A stretch of DNA of 64,000 nt from Candidatus Eiseniibacteriota bacterium (GCA_963707915.1 OY970178.1:1600001-1664000); one strand, 5' to 3'; positions 1 through 11,138 are shown, counted from the first letter of the stretch. Notes: generated from the sequence alone by a model not told the origin. Numbers and translations are program-made.

Positions 1-239
1 GCTTCCGGCGGGAACGCGCGCAGGATGCGCGCCACGACGTTGCGCGAGCCGCCGTGGTAGTCGTGCGGCGCGACCTCGCGGTGGGTGAGGTTGCAGCGCG
101 TCCCGCCGGACATGAGGATCTTGAGCCCGGCCTGCGGGTGCGCGTTGAGCAGCGTCACCTGCGCGCCGGCCTCGGCCGCGCGCAGGGCGGCGGTGAGACC
201 GGCCGCACCGGCCCCGATCACGGCGACGGTGCGGCTCAC
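1..239 (-). CDS. NAD(P)/FAD-dependent oxidoreductase, HI0933/BaiN family (5' part, runs off the window)
   Basis: Manual translation from GTG at 239: MSRTVAVIGAGAAGLTAALRAAEAGAQVTLLNAHPQAGLKILMSGGTRCNLT. This has the GxGxxG motif and the family KILxSGGxRCN motif. Confidence 0.85.
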   Translation of the reverse strand, partial: MSRTVAVIGAGAAGLTAALRAAEAGAQVTLLNAHPQAGLKILMSGGTRCNLTHREVAPHDYHGGSRNVVARILRAFPPE

Positions 240-321
240 GCCGTGACCGCCCCGGGGCGTCCGGCCGCCGCTCGCGCCCGCGTCGCCCCGCGGAACATGG
301 CCCGCGAGGGACCGGGCCGCC

Positions 322-1819
322 TCATCTCCGCCCCGACCGCCAGCGCTCGCCCTCGCGCACGGCACGGCCCTCGGCCTCGAGCTTGAGCAGGTGCGCGAGC
401 AGGCTCCGCTCACCGTATGCCCACAACTCGGCGGGCGTGTCGGCGTAGACCCGCTCGACCAGCGCGGGCAGTTCCTGCAGCTCGGCGTCGAGCGCGTCGA
501 GCACGAGCCGTTCACGCTTGAGCCGGTGCTGGATCAGCCAGCGGATGCGCTGCGGGCGCGGCGCCCTGCGGCGAGCCATGCGCGGGGAACAGCGTCTCGA
601 CCGGCTCGGCGAGCAGCCGCTCGAGCGAGGCCAGGTAGGGCACCAGCTCGCCGTCGGGCGGGTCGAGGATGACGGTGCCACGGCCACCGGGAATGAGGTC
701 GCCGCAGAACAACGACCGGGTCCGCTCGTGCAGGAACGACAGGTGCCCGCGCGCGTGGCCGGGCGTGTGCAGGACGCGCAGTTCCCAGTCGCCGAGCCCG
801 GGCTCGAGGCCGATGCGCTCGCCCTCGGCGAGCACCCGGTCCACGCCCAGGTGGCGCGCGGTCTCGGGGTGCGCGGCCACCGGCACCCGCCAGCGCTCGC
901 GCAGGGCGGCCACGCCCCCGGCGTGGTCGGCGTGGTGGTGCGTGAGCAGGATGAGCTTGAGCCGGCGGCCCTCGACGCGCAGCACCTCGATCAGGGTGTT
1001 GAGCGACTCCAGCTCGACCGGATCGCCGCTGCCGGGGTCCACCAGCGCCATCTCGCGTTCGCCCACGAGGTAGGCGTTGGTGTGCGTGGCGGGCGGCAGC
1101 GGGCGGGTCTTCATGGGGTGCAGCACGACGCCCCACTTGAACTCCATCCGGCGGACCGGATAGGCGGCGAGTTCCGGCCCCTCGGCCAGGCGCGCCGGCA
1201 GGTCGTCCTCGCCCTCGGCCAGCGCGAGCAGCGTGTGCAGGATGGGCGCGGCGAAGGCCGCCTTCCCCGCGTGGTAGCGGTCCAGGGCCTCGAGCGGCCG
1301 GATCCACCCGCCCGATGCCAGCTCCACGCCGACCACGCTGGGCTCCTGCCCCTCGGGCACGCGCGCCAGGAAGTAGCTCGCGTCGAAGCGCATCGGCACG
1401 AAGGGCGGCGTCTGCCAGCGGCCGGCGAAGGTCAGCGCGTCGGCGCGGAAGCGCCAGCCGCACTCCCAGGCGAGTTCGGGGAAGGCGACCAGGCCGGCCA
1501 GCAGCCGCTCGCGCGCCTGGAGCAGTCTCCCGGGCGGGCAGTTCGTCGGCCCGGCCAGCCCGATCAGCACGCCGGTCTCCTCGAAGGCCTCGCGGATGGC
1601 GCAGGCCCGCAGCGCGCGCTCGGCCTCGTCGGTGACCCCTTCGATCGGGAGCCCGCCGTCGGACGGCTCGATGGTGCCGCCGGGGAACGCGTCGAAGCCG
1701 GGCATGATGCTCACGGCATCGCTGCGCCGCACCCACCAGGTCTCCAGGTCGAGTCCGCGGCCGCGCAGGAGCACGACCACGGCCGAGCCGCGGAAGCGGT
1801 GCCTTTCGGAGGCGCTCAT
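322..1819 (-). CDS. NUDIX hydrolase / metallo-beta-lactamase-fold (LACTB2-like) fusion, one frameshift near 555
   Basis: FPGG...AIREAFEETG Nudix box; THHHADHAGG, HTPGHARGH, GD and PAHG MBL motifs. The C-terminal winged-helix tail (HRLKRERLVL...SLLAHLLKL) continues in the frame of ORF 322..687. Confidence 0.85.
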
Positions 1820-2017
1820 CGGCGACACACTACCACCGGATGCGTGCGGCGGGTACGGGCGCCGCGCGGACCGGCCGCGCGGGGCGGCCGGGAATCGCCC
1901 GCGCCGCGGCCGGTGCGCCCGGACCGGCGCGGTTTCGCGCCAAAGCGAACCGCCACCGGCCGTCCCCTATCGCGAAGGGCACCGGTGGCGGGTTCACGGG
2001 GTGCGGCCCCCGCTTCG

Positions 2018-3373
2018 CTACGACTTCTTCGAGACGGCCTCGACCGACTTCTTCAGGATGCCGAGCGCCTCGTCGATCTCCGCCGCCGTGGTGTCGAGCG
2101 GCGGGCGGAAGCGCAGGCTCTGCGGCCCGCAGGCGAGGATCATCATTCCCAGCTCGTAGGCCTTGTCCTGCACGGCGTCGCGCAGCGGGCCTTCCGAGAA
2201 CTCGATCGCGCACATCATGCCGCGGCCGCGGGCGTTCGACAGCGCGTCGGGGCGCCAGGCGGCCAGCGCCTGAAGGCCCTTGAGCAGGTGCTCGCCGACC
2301 GTCGCCGCGTTCTCGACCAGGCGCTCCTCCTCGATGATCTCGAGGTAGCGCTGGGCGCGCACCATGTCCACCAGGTTCCCGCCCCAGGTCGAGTTGAGCC
2401 GGCTCGAGACCTTGAACACGTTCTCCGGCTCCTCGTCGATCCGCGGCCCGGCCATCATGCCGCAGACCTGCATCTTCTTGCCGAAGGCGAGCAGGTCGGG
2501 CTCGAGCGCGAAATGCTGGTGCGCCCACATGCGGCCGGTGAGGCCCACACCGCTCTGCACCTCGTCCACCGCGAAGAGCGCGTCGTTCTCGCGGGCGAGG
2601 TCGCGCAGCGCGCGCAGGAACTCGCCGCGGAAGTGGTTGTCGCCGCCCTCGGCCTGGACCGGCTCGATGAGCACGCAGGCGATGTCGTCGCGGCGCTCGC
2701 GGAACGCGGCCTTGGCCTGCTCGAGCACGGCGGCCTCGACCTGCTGGACGCGGGCCGTCTCGGCGGCGTCCACCGGGAAGCGCAGCTTCGGGTTGTCCAG
2801 CCGCGGCCAGTCGAACTTGGGGAAGTACTGGTACTTGCGCGGGTCCGCGGTGTTGGTGAGCGAGAGCGTGTAGCCCGAGCGGCCGTGGAACGCCTCGCGG
2901 AAGTGCAGGACCTGGTGCCCCTTCTCCTCGCGAATGCCCCTGCGGAAGTTGCGGCGCACCTTCCAGTCGAAGGCGGCCTTGAGCGCGTTCTCGACGCCGA
3001 GCGTGCCGCCGGCGACGAAGAAGGCGTGCGGCAGGTAGGCCGGCTGCACCACGCGGCCGAAGGTATCGACGAACTCGGCGAACTCGACGGTGTAGATGTC
3101 GGAGTTGGCGGGGTTGGCGAGCGCGGCACGGGTGAGCCGGGCGAGGAACTCGGGATCCTTCAGCCGCGGGTGGTTGAGCCCCACCGGCAGCGTGGCGAAG
3201 AACGAGAACATGTCGAGGATCCAGCGGCCGCTGCGGGCGTCCCACAGCCGGCGCCCCTGGCTCTTCTCGAGGTCGAGCACCATGTCGTAGCCGTCGGCGA
3301 GCATGTGCCGCGCCAGAGTGGCGTGCACGTCCGGCGGAGCGATGCGGCTGGCGGGAGTGGTCGTCGGGTTCAT
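2018..3373 (-). CDS. lat: L-lysine 6-transaminase (class III PLP aminotransferase)
   Basis: HMLADGYDMVLDL, ENALKAAFDWK, EAFHGRSGYTLSLTNT, DEVQSG, FGKKMQVCG and STWGG are typical of Lat. Confidence 0.9.
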   Translation of the reverse strand: MNPTTTPASRIAPPDVHATLARHMLADGYDMVLDLEKSQGRRLWDARSGRWILDMFSFFATLPVGLNHPRLKDPEFLARLTRAALANPANSDIYTVEFAEFVDTFGRVVQPAYLPHAFFVAGGTLGVENALKAAFDWKVRRNFRRGIREEKGHQVLHFREAFHGRSGYTLSLTNTADPRKYQYFPKFDWPRLDNPKLRFPVDAAETARVQQVEAAVLEQAKAAFRERRDDIACVLIEPVQAEGGDNHFRGEFLRALRDLARENDALFAVDEVQSGVGLTGRMWAHQHFALEPDLLAFGKKMQVCGMMAGPRIDEEPENVFKVSSRLNSTWGGNLVDMVRAQRYLEIIEEERLVENAATVGEHLLKGLQALAAWRPDALSNARGRGMMCAIEFSEGPLRDAVQDKAYELGMMILACGPQSLRFRPPLDTTAAEIDEALGILKKSVEAVSKKS

Positions 3374-3867
3374 CTCTTCTCTCCTGTCGCACCGGTCGCG
3401 AGGTAGCACTCTTCCTTGACCGTCGAGAGCACCATGACGGTCCGGGTCTGGCGCACGCCTTCGGCACCGTTGAGCTGGCTGATGACCAACCGCTGGAGCG
3501 ACTCCATGTCGCGCACGCGGACCTTGAGGAGCACGGAGAACTCCCCGGTGATGTGATGGCACTCCTGCACCTCGTCCAACTCGAGGATCCGCTTGATGAA
3601 CGGCTCCTCGTAGCGCGGGTGCTCGATGAAGACCTCGATGAACGCGGTGACCTGGATGCCCACGGCCTTGGGGTCCACCAGCGCGGTGAAGCGGCGGATG
3701 ACCCCGGACTGTTCGAGCTTCTTCAGGCGCTCGTTGACGGCCGCGGTGGACAGTCCGACGTTCTGGGCGATGAGTGCCTGGCTCATCTTCCCGTCGCGCT
3801 GGACCAACGCCAGGATGTGGCGGTCCTTGGCGTCCGGACTCTGGTCTACGTTCGTTCTAGCTGGCAT
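3370..3867 (-). CDS. Lrp/AsnC family transcriptional regulator
   Basis: HTH (VGLSTAAVNERLKKLEQSGVI) plus RAM domain (ECHHITGEF). Its stop overlaps the lat start (ATGA). Confidence 0.92.
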   Translation of the reverse strand: MPARTNVDQSPDAKDRHILALVQRDGKMSQALIAQNVGLSTAAVNERLKKLEQSGVIRRFTALVDPKAVGIQVTAFIEVFIEHPRYEEPFIKRILELDEVQECHHITGEFSVLLKVRVRDMESLQRLVISQLNGAEGVRQTRTVMVLSTVKEECYLATGATGEKR

Positions 3868-4010
3868 GCACAGAGTATACATTCGGCAGGAAGGCGATGC
3901 AACCGAATGACATTCGGAGGACTCGGCCTGGCGGCAGACGGGACTTGAGCGGGTGATGAGGCTGAGCCCGCTTCCCGCGGATCCCCCCGGCCCGGCGCGG
4001 GCCGGCGCGG

Positions 4011-5570
4011 CTACCTCAGGACGACGAGGCGGCCGGTCAGGACCCGCTCCCCGGCGTGCGCGCGGTAGAACACCACGCCGGCCGGAGCGAGGTTCCCCGC
4101 CGCGTCGAGCCCGTCCCAGCGGATCTCGCCCGCCCCGGCCGGGCGGACGTCGCCGCCGAGCGCGCGCAGCCGGCGGCCGGTCAGGTCGAAGAGCTCGAGG
4201 CGCACTTCGGCCGGGGCGGGCAGCGCGAACCGCAGCACCGCACCGCGCGGGGTCGGGTTCGGGCCCAGCGTGACGGAGGCCGGCGGCGACGGTGGCGGCT
4301 CGACGCCGGCGGTCCCGGCGGGCCCCGCCAGGGTCGCGACCGTCCCGATGGCGGCCTTCGCGAAACGGGTGAAGTAGTCCTGGTCGAGGGTGGCGACGCG
4401 GTCCTGCGCCGTGTGGTACCAGGGCGTGAAGTCACTGAGGTCCTCGATGGCGAGGATCGCCGGGTAGCCCCGCCCCCAGAACGACGCGTGATCGCTGGCG
4501 TTGGTGGACCCGCTGGTGATCTTCTCCGGCGCGAAGCCGAGCCCATAGGTCGTGTTCACCGCCATGAACTCGTCCGCGATGGCCCCCGAGGCCGGCAGCG
4601 TCCCGGCGTGGAGCTCCATGACGTCCACGCCATTCGACTCGTACGCGATCATGTCGAGGTTCACCACCGCGTCGATGGTGTCCCCGCGCGTCGCGGCGGC
4701 CAGGGCATAGGCGTAGCTCCCCAGGAGTCCCTGCTCCTCCCCGGTGAAGCAGACGAAGCGGACCGTCTTCTCGAACTGCAGCGCGGCCATGATCTGCGCC
4801 GCGCGCAGGACGGTGACCGACCCGCTGCCGTTGTCGTCGGCCCCCGGGGCGATCGTCGCCGTGCCCCCGGGCATGTCGTCGAGATGCGCCGTCACGAGGA
4901 CCTGCCGGCCCGGGCGCGACACACCGGCGTGCGTGGCGACGACGTTGCGCCAGCCGTTCGAGCCATACGCCTGGTACTCGACCGGCAGCCCCGCGGCCTG
5001 CATCGTCTCGAAGACGTACTGCTCGGCCAGGCGGCACTCGGCCTTGTAGGAGTTGCGGGTGGCGATGACCAGCCCGGTGCCGCCGATGGTGACGGAGGTC
5101 TGTCCCGAAAGGCCGTTGAGCAGCTCCACGAGGCCGGGCTGCGCGACCTGGTCCATGAGCCACTGGATGCGCGGGTCGTATCCGGCTGCGGCCCGCGATT
5201 CGGCCACCGGCACCGGCGGCAGGGGCACCCGCTCCTGCAGGAGTCGCACCTCGTAGCCGAGGGCGGCGAGGGAGTCGATGTCCATCCCGCTCCCGGCGAC
5301 GATCACCGCACCGTCCCGCTCGGCGAGCACCTTCAGCCCGGGGAAGCGGGCCGCCAGCGCTCGCGGGTAGGCCTCGATGACGTAGACCGCTCCGCCGCCT
5401 TCCTCGATGACCGGCGACCGGATGCCTTCCTGCGTTCCCGCGGGCCCGCCGGGAGGCTCGGCGGCGAGCGCGGGGGAGGCGAGCGCGATCAGCGCGATCG
5501 CGAGGAACGCCGGCACGGTGCTCCACCAGGGCTGCGGGTCCGGCATGCGGCGGATGCGGGATGGGTCCAC
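4011..5570 (-). CDS. Secreted M28 family peptidase with FlgD-Ig/T9SS-like CTD
   Basis: Signal peptide; AHLDD, PGADDNGSG, GEEQGLLGS, NLDMI, SDHASF, YHT motifs; C-terminal PNP...FDLTGRRLR...WDG...GVVFYR. Confidence 0.88.
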   Translation of the reverse strand: MDPSRIRRMPDPQPWWSTVPAFLAIALIALASPALAAEPPGGPAGTQEGIRSPVIEEGGGAVYVIEAYPRALAARFPGLKVLAERDGAVIVAGSGMDIDSLAALGYEVRLLQERVPLPPVPVAESRAAAGYDPRIQWLMDQVAQPGLVELLNGLSGQTSVTIGGTGLVIATRNSYKAECRLAEQYVFETMQAAGLPVEYQAYGSNGWRNVVATHAGVSRPGRQVLVTAHLDDMPGGTATIAPGADDNGSGSVTVLRAAQIMAALQFEKTVRFVCFTGEEQGLLGSYAYALAAATRGDTIDAVVNLDMIAYESNGVDVMELHAGTLPASGAIADEFMAVNTTYGLGFAPEKITSGSTNASDHASFWGRGYPAILAIEDLSDFTPWYHTAQDRVATLDQDYFTRFAKAAIGTVATLAGPAGTAGVEPPPSPPASVTLGPNPTPRGAVLRFALPAPAEVRLELFDLTGRRLRALGGDVRPAGAGEIRWDGLDAAGNLAPAGVVFYRAHAGERVLTGRLVVLR

Positions 5571-5699
5571 TGGATGTCCCTCGAGCTCGTCGAAGCGTGC
5601 GGTCGTGGCCGATGGTGACGACAGGCCGACGGATACGCGGGAAATGTTCTCACAGTCGGACCGCCCGGGCGAGCCGGTCCGCGTTCGGGCACGGACCGC

Positions 5700-6401
5700 C
5701 TATTCCCCGCCCGCGATCGCTCCCGCCCAGCGCACGATCGCGTCCGCTTCCTGCAGGTCGTCGAGCAGCAGGTCGGGTCCGGCGGCCGCCAGCGCGCCGA
5801 TGTCGGTCCCGCCGGTCGCCACGGCGATGACCCGGGCTCCCGCCGCGCGGGCGCAGGCGACGTCGTGCTCGGTGTCCCCCACCACGATGCAGCGCCGGGC
5901 CGGCACGCCGTGTTCGCGCCGGACGCGCCGCACCAGCGCGCGGGCCAGGGCGTCGCGGTCCGGGGCCATCTCGCCGAAGCCGCCGAAAGCGAAGCGCCCC
6001 TCGATCCCGAAGTGGTCGAGCTTGATGCGCGCCATCTGGGTCATGTTGCCGGTGAGCAGCCCCATCACCCAGCCCGGCTCCGCCGCGATGCGGTCGAGCA
6101 GCCCGGGGATGCCGGGCATGAGCCGGCCGCGGCCGGGGCGGAGCAGGCGGCGCATGTGTCCGAATACCGAGTCCCAGAACCGGGCTTCCGCGGCGGGATC
6201 CATGGAACGCCCGTGCTTGCGGAGGATGTCGCGCAGGATGAGGGGCTCGATCCGGCCGGCGAAGCCGATGTCGTGCAGGTCGTCCCCCACCCCGAGGTGG
6301 TCGCGCACGGCGCAGGCGAAGGCCTCGCGGGCCGCCCCGTCGGTGAGGAGCAGCGTGCCGTCCACGTCGAAGAGCCAGGCGAGGCGTGTGCTCGAGGCCA
6401 T
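5700..6401 (-). CDS. HAD family hydrolase (phosphoglycolate phosphatase-like)
   Basis: FDVDGTLL motif I, LLTGN motif II, VGDTEHDV motif IV. Confidence 0.88.
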   Translation of the reverse strand: MASSTRLAWLFDVDGTLLLTDGAAREAFACAVRDHLGVGDDLHDIGFAGRIEPLILRDILRKHGRSMDPAAEARFWDSVFGHMRRLLRPGRGRLMPGIPGLLDRIAAEPGWVMGLLTGNMTQMARIKLDHFGIEGRFAFGGFGEMAPDRDALARALVRRVRREHGVPARRCIVVGDTEHDVACARAAGARVIAVATGGTDIGALAAAGPDLLLDDLQEADAIVRWAGAIAGGE

Positions 6402-6740
6402 CGGGTCCTGCGGGATCGGGTCGCGCCGCGCGGTGGCCGGGCCGCCCCGCGGCGCCCAAGAGAAGAGGCGTGAGGACCGCGCGATGCTAGCACAGGGTGG
6501 CGGGCGACCCCGGGGACGCCGGGGGCATGGCCGGGCGGGCCGGGGCGCCACCTCCCCATCCTCCGGTCCAGGGCAGGCAAGTCGTTGGGAAGCAACGTCA
6601 TGCGCCTGCAATGGCGGACTCACGAATACCGCCCGGCTGCCGACACTAGACAACAGTGGCTCAGTCCGCTTAACGGGGGGGAGCTGTTTCCCCCCTCCCA
6701 CCGTATTTCGGCCGCTTCAAGCTGCGATGGAGATTTCGTC

Positions 6741-8291
6741 ATGCCGCTCAAGTCCCTGAAGATCAGCACCAAGATCGTCGCCCTGACGCAGGTCGCCCTC
6801 ACGGTCGCACTCGCGGTCGTGGTGTCGCTCTGCCTGGTGAACTTCGACAAGGAGCTCAGGCGCATCGCCACCGAGAACCAGCAGGTCCGACTGAAGGTCT
6901 TCTGGGCGCTGCTCGAGGCGAAGGGCGGCGAGTACCGGATCACGGACGAGAAGCTGATGGCCGGCGACTACGTGCTCAACGGCAACTACGAGCTCCCGGA
7001 CAAGGTGAAGGAACTCTGCGGCGGCACTGCCACCTTCTTCATGCGGGACGAGCGCGTCAGCACCAACGTGATGAAGGCGGACGGGACGCGCGCCGTCGGC
7101 ACCCGGCTCACCGGCCCCGCCTACGAGGCCATCTTCAAGGACAAGCGACCCTACCGGGGCGAGACCAAGATCCTGGGTGTGCCCTATTTCACCGCCTACG
7201 ACCCCATCAAGAACGCGCAGGGTGAGATCATCGGCGTGCTCTACGCGGGAGTGAAGAAGAGCGAGTTCTTCGCCTTCTACGACAAGCTGAGGCTGGACAT
7301 CCTGCTGATCTCGCTCTGCTTCGGCACGCTCATGGGAGTGGGCCTCTACCTGATGATCCGCCGGGTCTTCACGCGGCCGATCGAGCTGTTCGGCCGCAGA
7401 CTGCAGGACATCATCCGCGAGGGCGAGGTGGATCTGACGCGGCGGATGGACTTCGACCATGACGACGAGATCGGGCATTTGGCCAAGGTGTTCGACGGCT
7501 TCCTCGGGAGCCTGGAGAAGATCATCGCCCGGGTGAAGACCACCGCGGTGCACGTGGACGGAACCCTGGGCGAGGTCGCGACCATCTCGAACGCGACGCA
7601 GGAGCAGGCCTCGATGGTGGAGGAAGTGGCGGCGACCCTGGGACAGATGTCGCAGACCATCAGGGAGAACGCCGCCCAAACGGACCGGGGCAAGGAGATG
7701 GCCCGGACCTCGGCGGCCATGGCCAACGCCAGCGGTGAGGCCTCGCAGGAGCTCAGCGAGGCGATGAGCGAGATCTCCGAGTCGGCGAGGAAGATCGGCG
7801 ACATCATCGTCACCGTGAACGAGGTCGCCTTCCAGACGAACCTCCTCGCGCTCAACGCCGCCGTCGAGGCGGCGCGTGCCGGCGAGCACGGCCGGGGCTT
7901 CGCGGTCGTGGCCACGGAGGTGCGGACGCTGGCCCTGCGTTCCGCGGAGGCGGCCCGCGAGATCAAGCAGATCGTCGAGGAGACCACGAGCAAGGTCCAC
8001 ACCGGTGAGGGCATCGTGCGGAACTCGGTGGAGGGCTTGCGGCAGATGGTCATCCACATCAATGGTCTCTCTCAGACCATCGAAGGCATCGCCAGTGCGT
8101 CGGCCGAGCAGGCCGGAGCGGTGGACGAGGTGACCAGGACGATCACTCAGATCGACCAGGCCACGCAGCAGAACGCGGCCGCGATCGCGGAGCTCTCCGG
8201 CACGGCCGAGACCATGAAGGCCGAGGCGCGCACCCTCGCCCGGACGGCGAGCCTGTTCAGGGTCTCGGAGGGCGAGCGACTGGCCGCATAA
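6741..8291 (+). CDS. Methyl-accepting chemotaxis protein with Cache sensor and HAMP domain
   Basis: TM, Cache domain ([12 protein letters not shown]...[13 protein letters not shown]), TM, HAMP (DEIGHL), then [29 protein letters not shown]. Confidence 0.95.
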   Translation: MPLKSLKISTKIVALTQVALTVALAVVVSLCLVNFDKELRRIATENQQVRLKVFWALLEAKGGEYRITDEKLMAGDYVLNGNYELPDKVKELCGGTATFFMRDERVSTNVMKADGTRAVGTRLTGPAYEAIFKDKRPYRGETKILGVPYFTAYDPIKNAQGEIIGVLYAGVKKSEFFAFYDKLRLDILLISLCFGTLMGVGLYLMIRRVFTRPIELFGRRLQDIIREGEVDLTRRMDFDHDDEIGHLAKVFDGFLGSLEKIIARVKTTAVHVDGTLGEVATISNATQEQASMVEEVAATLGQMSQTIRENAAQTDRGKEMARTSAAMANASGEASQELSEAMSEISESARKIGDIIVTVNEVAFQTNLLALNAAVEAARAGEHGRGFAVVATEVRTLALRSAEAAREIKQIVEETTSKVHTGEGIVRNSVEGLRQMVIHINGLSQTIEGIASASAEQAGAVDEVTRTITQIDQATQQNAAAIAELSGTAETMKAEARTLARTASLFRVSEGERLAA

Positions 8292-8399
8292 CGGAGATCG
8301 GCAGCACCAGGCTCCCGGACCTCAGACGCCTGCCGGGCGGTCCCCCCACGGGCCGCCCGGCAGTGTCTTCAACCCGGCATCGGGCCGCGGCCCGCCCGG

Positions 8400-9890
8400 T
8401 CACCCGCCGGGTCGGTACAGCCGGTTCGGCCGGCCCTCGGCCCACGGCCGGTAGCTCTGCGCGAAGCGCACGCGCTCCATCAGCGGCGCGTGGTCGTACT
8501 CGAAGATCTCCACGAACGGCGGGGGCTCGGGGTCCGAGCGGTTCTGCGCGCCGAGTTTCATGAAGGCGCTCGCGGCCGCGTCGTTCGCGTGCGTCAGCTC
8601 GAGCCCGAAGGTGTCGGCGTCGCGCTCGAGTCGGCGGGAGAAGGCGTTCGATCCGGGCTGGGCCAGGAACGAGAACAGCGTCAGCGCCACGACGAAGAGC
8701 GGCAGGGAGGCGATGTCGTGCAGCTCCTTGAATCCCCAGCGACCGCCCCAGCGCGCCACCGCCAGGCGCATCGACACCGCGCACAGCCAGAAGATCACGA
8801 AGCTCGCGCCGGTGACGAACAGGATTCCCCACCAGATGTGGTGCAGCCGGTAGTGCGCGGCCTCGTGGCCGACCACGAACAGGATCTCGTCGGCCGTCAT
8901 GCCCGCGAGGATGGTGTCCCACAGTACGATCCGCTGCGACGGCCCGAATCCGCTCACGTAGGCGCTGTACTTGCGGGTCTGCCGGCTCTTGTCCACCTGC
9001 AGGACGTGCCGGGCGGGCACGCCGGCCCGCTGCGCCACCTCGAGGATGCGGGCTTCCAGCTGCTTGTCCCGGAGCGGCGTGAAGCGGTTGGTGAGCGGCT
9101 CCACCAGCAGCGGCTGGATGAAGGTCCCGGCCACGACGACGGGCAGCGTGCCCAGCCCCAGCACCAGCCACCAGTGCCGCGGGAAGCGCCGAATCGGCGC
9201 GTAGGCGAGCTTGACCAGCGGCACCACGCCGAGCACGACCAGGGAGACGAGCACCGGCACGAGCTGCTCGAGGAACCACGGGCCGAAGCCCTGGTTCAGC
9301 AGCCCGTAGCGGCGCTCCAGCGCGAAGCCCTGGTAGAAGGCCAGCGGGAAGCCGAGCACGGAGGCCAGCGCGAGGTAGAGAGCGAGGTAGGCGAGCACCT
9401 GGACGTAGGCGTGGCGGCTCAGCCTGCGCGCCACGTCACGCATCCACGCCGAGAGCCCCGAGAAGAGGATGAAGAGCCCCACGAGGATCCCGTAGAGGGG
9501 CTCGATGAAACCGAGCGTGGCACGGGCGGTGGCGTAGGCGCGGTTCTGCGGCGTGAAGTTGGCGCGCACCTCGGCCACCAAGTCGCGCGGCGGCGGCGGT
9601 GTCACCACGGTCTTCGCCAGGCTGTCGGCCCGCGCCAGGCTGTCGGCCCGGGCCAGGCTGTCCACCAGCGCGCGTGTGCGCAGGTGCTGCAGCCAGGCCC
9701 GGTAGGCGCGGCGGGCGCTGTCGCGCGCGGCCGGCGGCCGCCGCTCGATCACGGAGCGGGCGGCGGGCACGACGCCGGCGGAGTCCGGCCGGGCGGATGA
9801 CGCGGACGGGACGAGAGCGGACCCCAGCAGCAGGCACAACGCGATCGGGACGAGGAGCGGAGCGGGGCGCGACGGTTGCTGCCGGAGCAT
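8400..9890 (-). CDS. M48 family (Ste24-like) membrane metallopeptidase
   Basis: Multiple TM helices; AYVSGFG..RIVLWDT, GHEAAH (HExxH), SRRLERDAD, DHAPLMERV. Confidence 0.9.
   Translation of the reverse strand: MLRQQPSRPAPLLVPIALCLLLGSALVPSASSARPDSAGVVPAARSVIERRPPAARDSARRAYRAWLQHLRTRALVDSLARADSLARADSLAKTVVTPPPPRDLVAEVRANFTPQNRAYATARATLGFIEPLYGILVGLFILFSGLSAWMRDVARRLSRHAYVQVLAYLALYLALASVLGFPLAFYQGFALERRYGLLNQGFGPWFLEQLVPVLVSLVVLGVVPLVKLAYAPIRRFPRHWWLVLGLGTLPVVVAGTFIQPLLVEPLTNRFTPLRDKQLEARILEVAQRAGVPARHVLQVDKSRQTRKYSAYVSGFGPSQRIVLWDTILAGMTADEILFVVGHEAAHYRLHHIWWGILFVTGASFVIFWLCAVSMRLAVARWGGRWGFKELHDIASLPLFVVALTLFSFLAQPGSNAFSRRLERDADTFGLELTHANDAAASAFMKLGAQNRSDPEPPPFVEIFEYDHAPLMERVRFAQSYRPWAEGRPNRLYRPGG
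9613..9665 (-). repeat. Three 18-nt in-frame tandem repeats encoding (A/V)DSLAR/K
   Basis: gccaggctgtcggcccg-like unit repeated three times in the M48 N-terminal region. Confidence 0.6.
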
Positions 9891-9974
9891 GGCGGCCTCC
9901 CTGGGGATCCTGAACCCCCTCACTCTATCCGGCCGCGCGCGTCCTCCGCAATCCTCGCGGGGGCGATGGAACGG

Positions 9975-10916
9975 CTACCGGGCCAGGGCGACCCTGCGGA
10001 CGAAGACCGCGTCGCCGAGCCGGGCGCGGACCAGGTAGATGCCGCGCGGCAGCGGAACGCCCTGGCGGTCGCGCAGGTCCCAGGCCACGCCGCCCGGCCC
10101 CGCCTCGGCGGTGCCCTCGAGCAGCACCCGCACGCGCCGTCCGGAAAGGTCGAAGACCTCCACGCTCAGCTTCGCCGCGGCCGGCAGCACCCAGGCGAAG
10201 TTCGCGGCCCCGCGCGCCGGGTTGGGCCACGGCGCCGAGAACGACAGCCCCGAGGAGGGCGCGGCCACGGTCCGGAAGCTCCGCACGCTCGACCACGCGG
10301 CCGTCCCGCCGGCGCCGCTCGCCTGGACCCGCCAGTAGTAGGTCGAGTCGTTCGCCAGCCCGCCGACCGCGCACGAGGTCCCCGCGATCCCGCCCCGGTC
10401 CACCACCGGGACGACGAAGTCGGGCAGCGGCGCCACCTGCAGCCGGTAGCCGGTCGCGCCGGCCGCGACCTGCCAGGCCATCGTCGGCGCCGTCGCCACC
10501 TGCGTCGCCCCGTCCTCGGGCGACAACAGGGTCGCCGCCGCCGGGCCCAGGCTCACGCTCTGCGGCATGCGCGCGATCACGTTCGACATCGCCGACCAGT
10601 TGCCGGCCTGGTCCGCGGTCTTGATGGCGAGATAGCAGGTCACGCCTGCGGGGAGCCCATCGAGGACGTAGGTCTCCCGGCTGCCCGGACCGGCCGGCAC
10701 GGGCATGTTCGGGGCCGCGGTCGCCAGCAGGAAGTTCTCGGTGGTGATCATCTGCGCCGAGTAGCGCAGGTCGTAGCGGGCCGCCTGCCCGAAGAGGCTA
10801 TCGCGCCCCGGGGCGGTCCAGGTGAGGCTCACGAAGTCGGCCCTGGAGGAGTCGACCCACGTGAAGCTCGTGATCGTGATGGTGGCCAGGATGACCAGGA
10901 TGCGGTGCAAGGACAA
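9975..10916 (-). CDS. Secreted Fn3-domain protein with FlgD-Ig/T9SS-like CTD
   Basis: Signal peptide; LTWTAPG...YDLRYS...DQAGNWSAMSN Fn3-like module; second Fn3 (YYWRVQA); CTD WPNPARG...GIYLVR. Confidence 0.8.
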   Translation of the reverse strand: MSLHRILVILATITITSFTWVDSSRADFVSLTWTAPGRDSLFGQAARYDLRYSAQMITTENFLLATAAPNMPVPAGPGSRETYVLDGLPAGVTCYLAIKTADQAGNWSAMSNVIARMPQSVSLGPAAATLLSPEDGATQVATAPTMAWQVAAGATGYRLQVAPLPDFVVPVVDRGGIAGTSCAVGGLANDSTYYWRVQASGAGGTAAWSSVRSFRTVAAPSSGLSFSAPWPNPARGAANFAWVLPAAAKLSVEVFDLSGRRVRVLLEGTAEAGPGGVAWDLRDRQGVPLPRGIYLVRARLGDAVFVRRVALAR

Positions 10917-11138
10917 CGAATCTCCGTTCCTTGGAAATCAGCGAGGCAGCCGTGCCCCGCGGCCATGGGGACCGATTCGCTTTCGTGTGGCCCGAAACGC
11001 CCTGACGCAGAACCGCGGATCGCACTTGCCGAGGCGCTTCCCGGTCGGAGCGCGCTCGTCGATCGTCGGTCTCGGTTACGACTCGCAGGTCCGGAACACC
11101 AGAGAGGCTGTTCCGGGGACCGACACGAAAGGTCTTCC

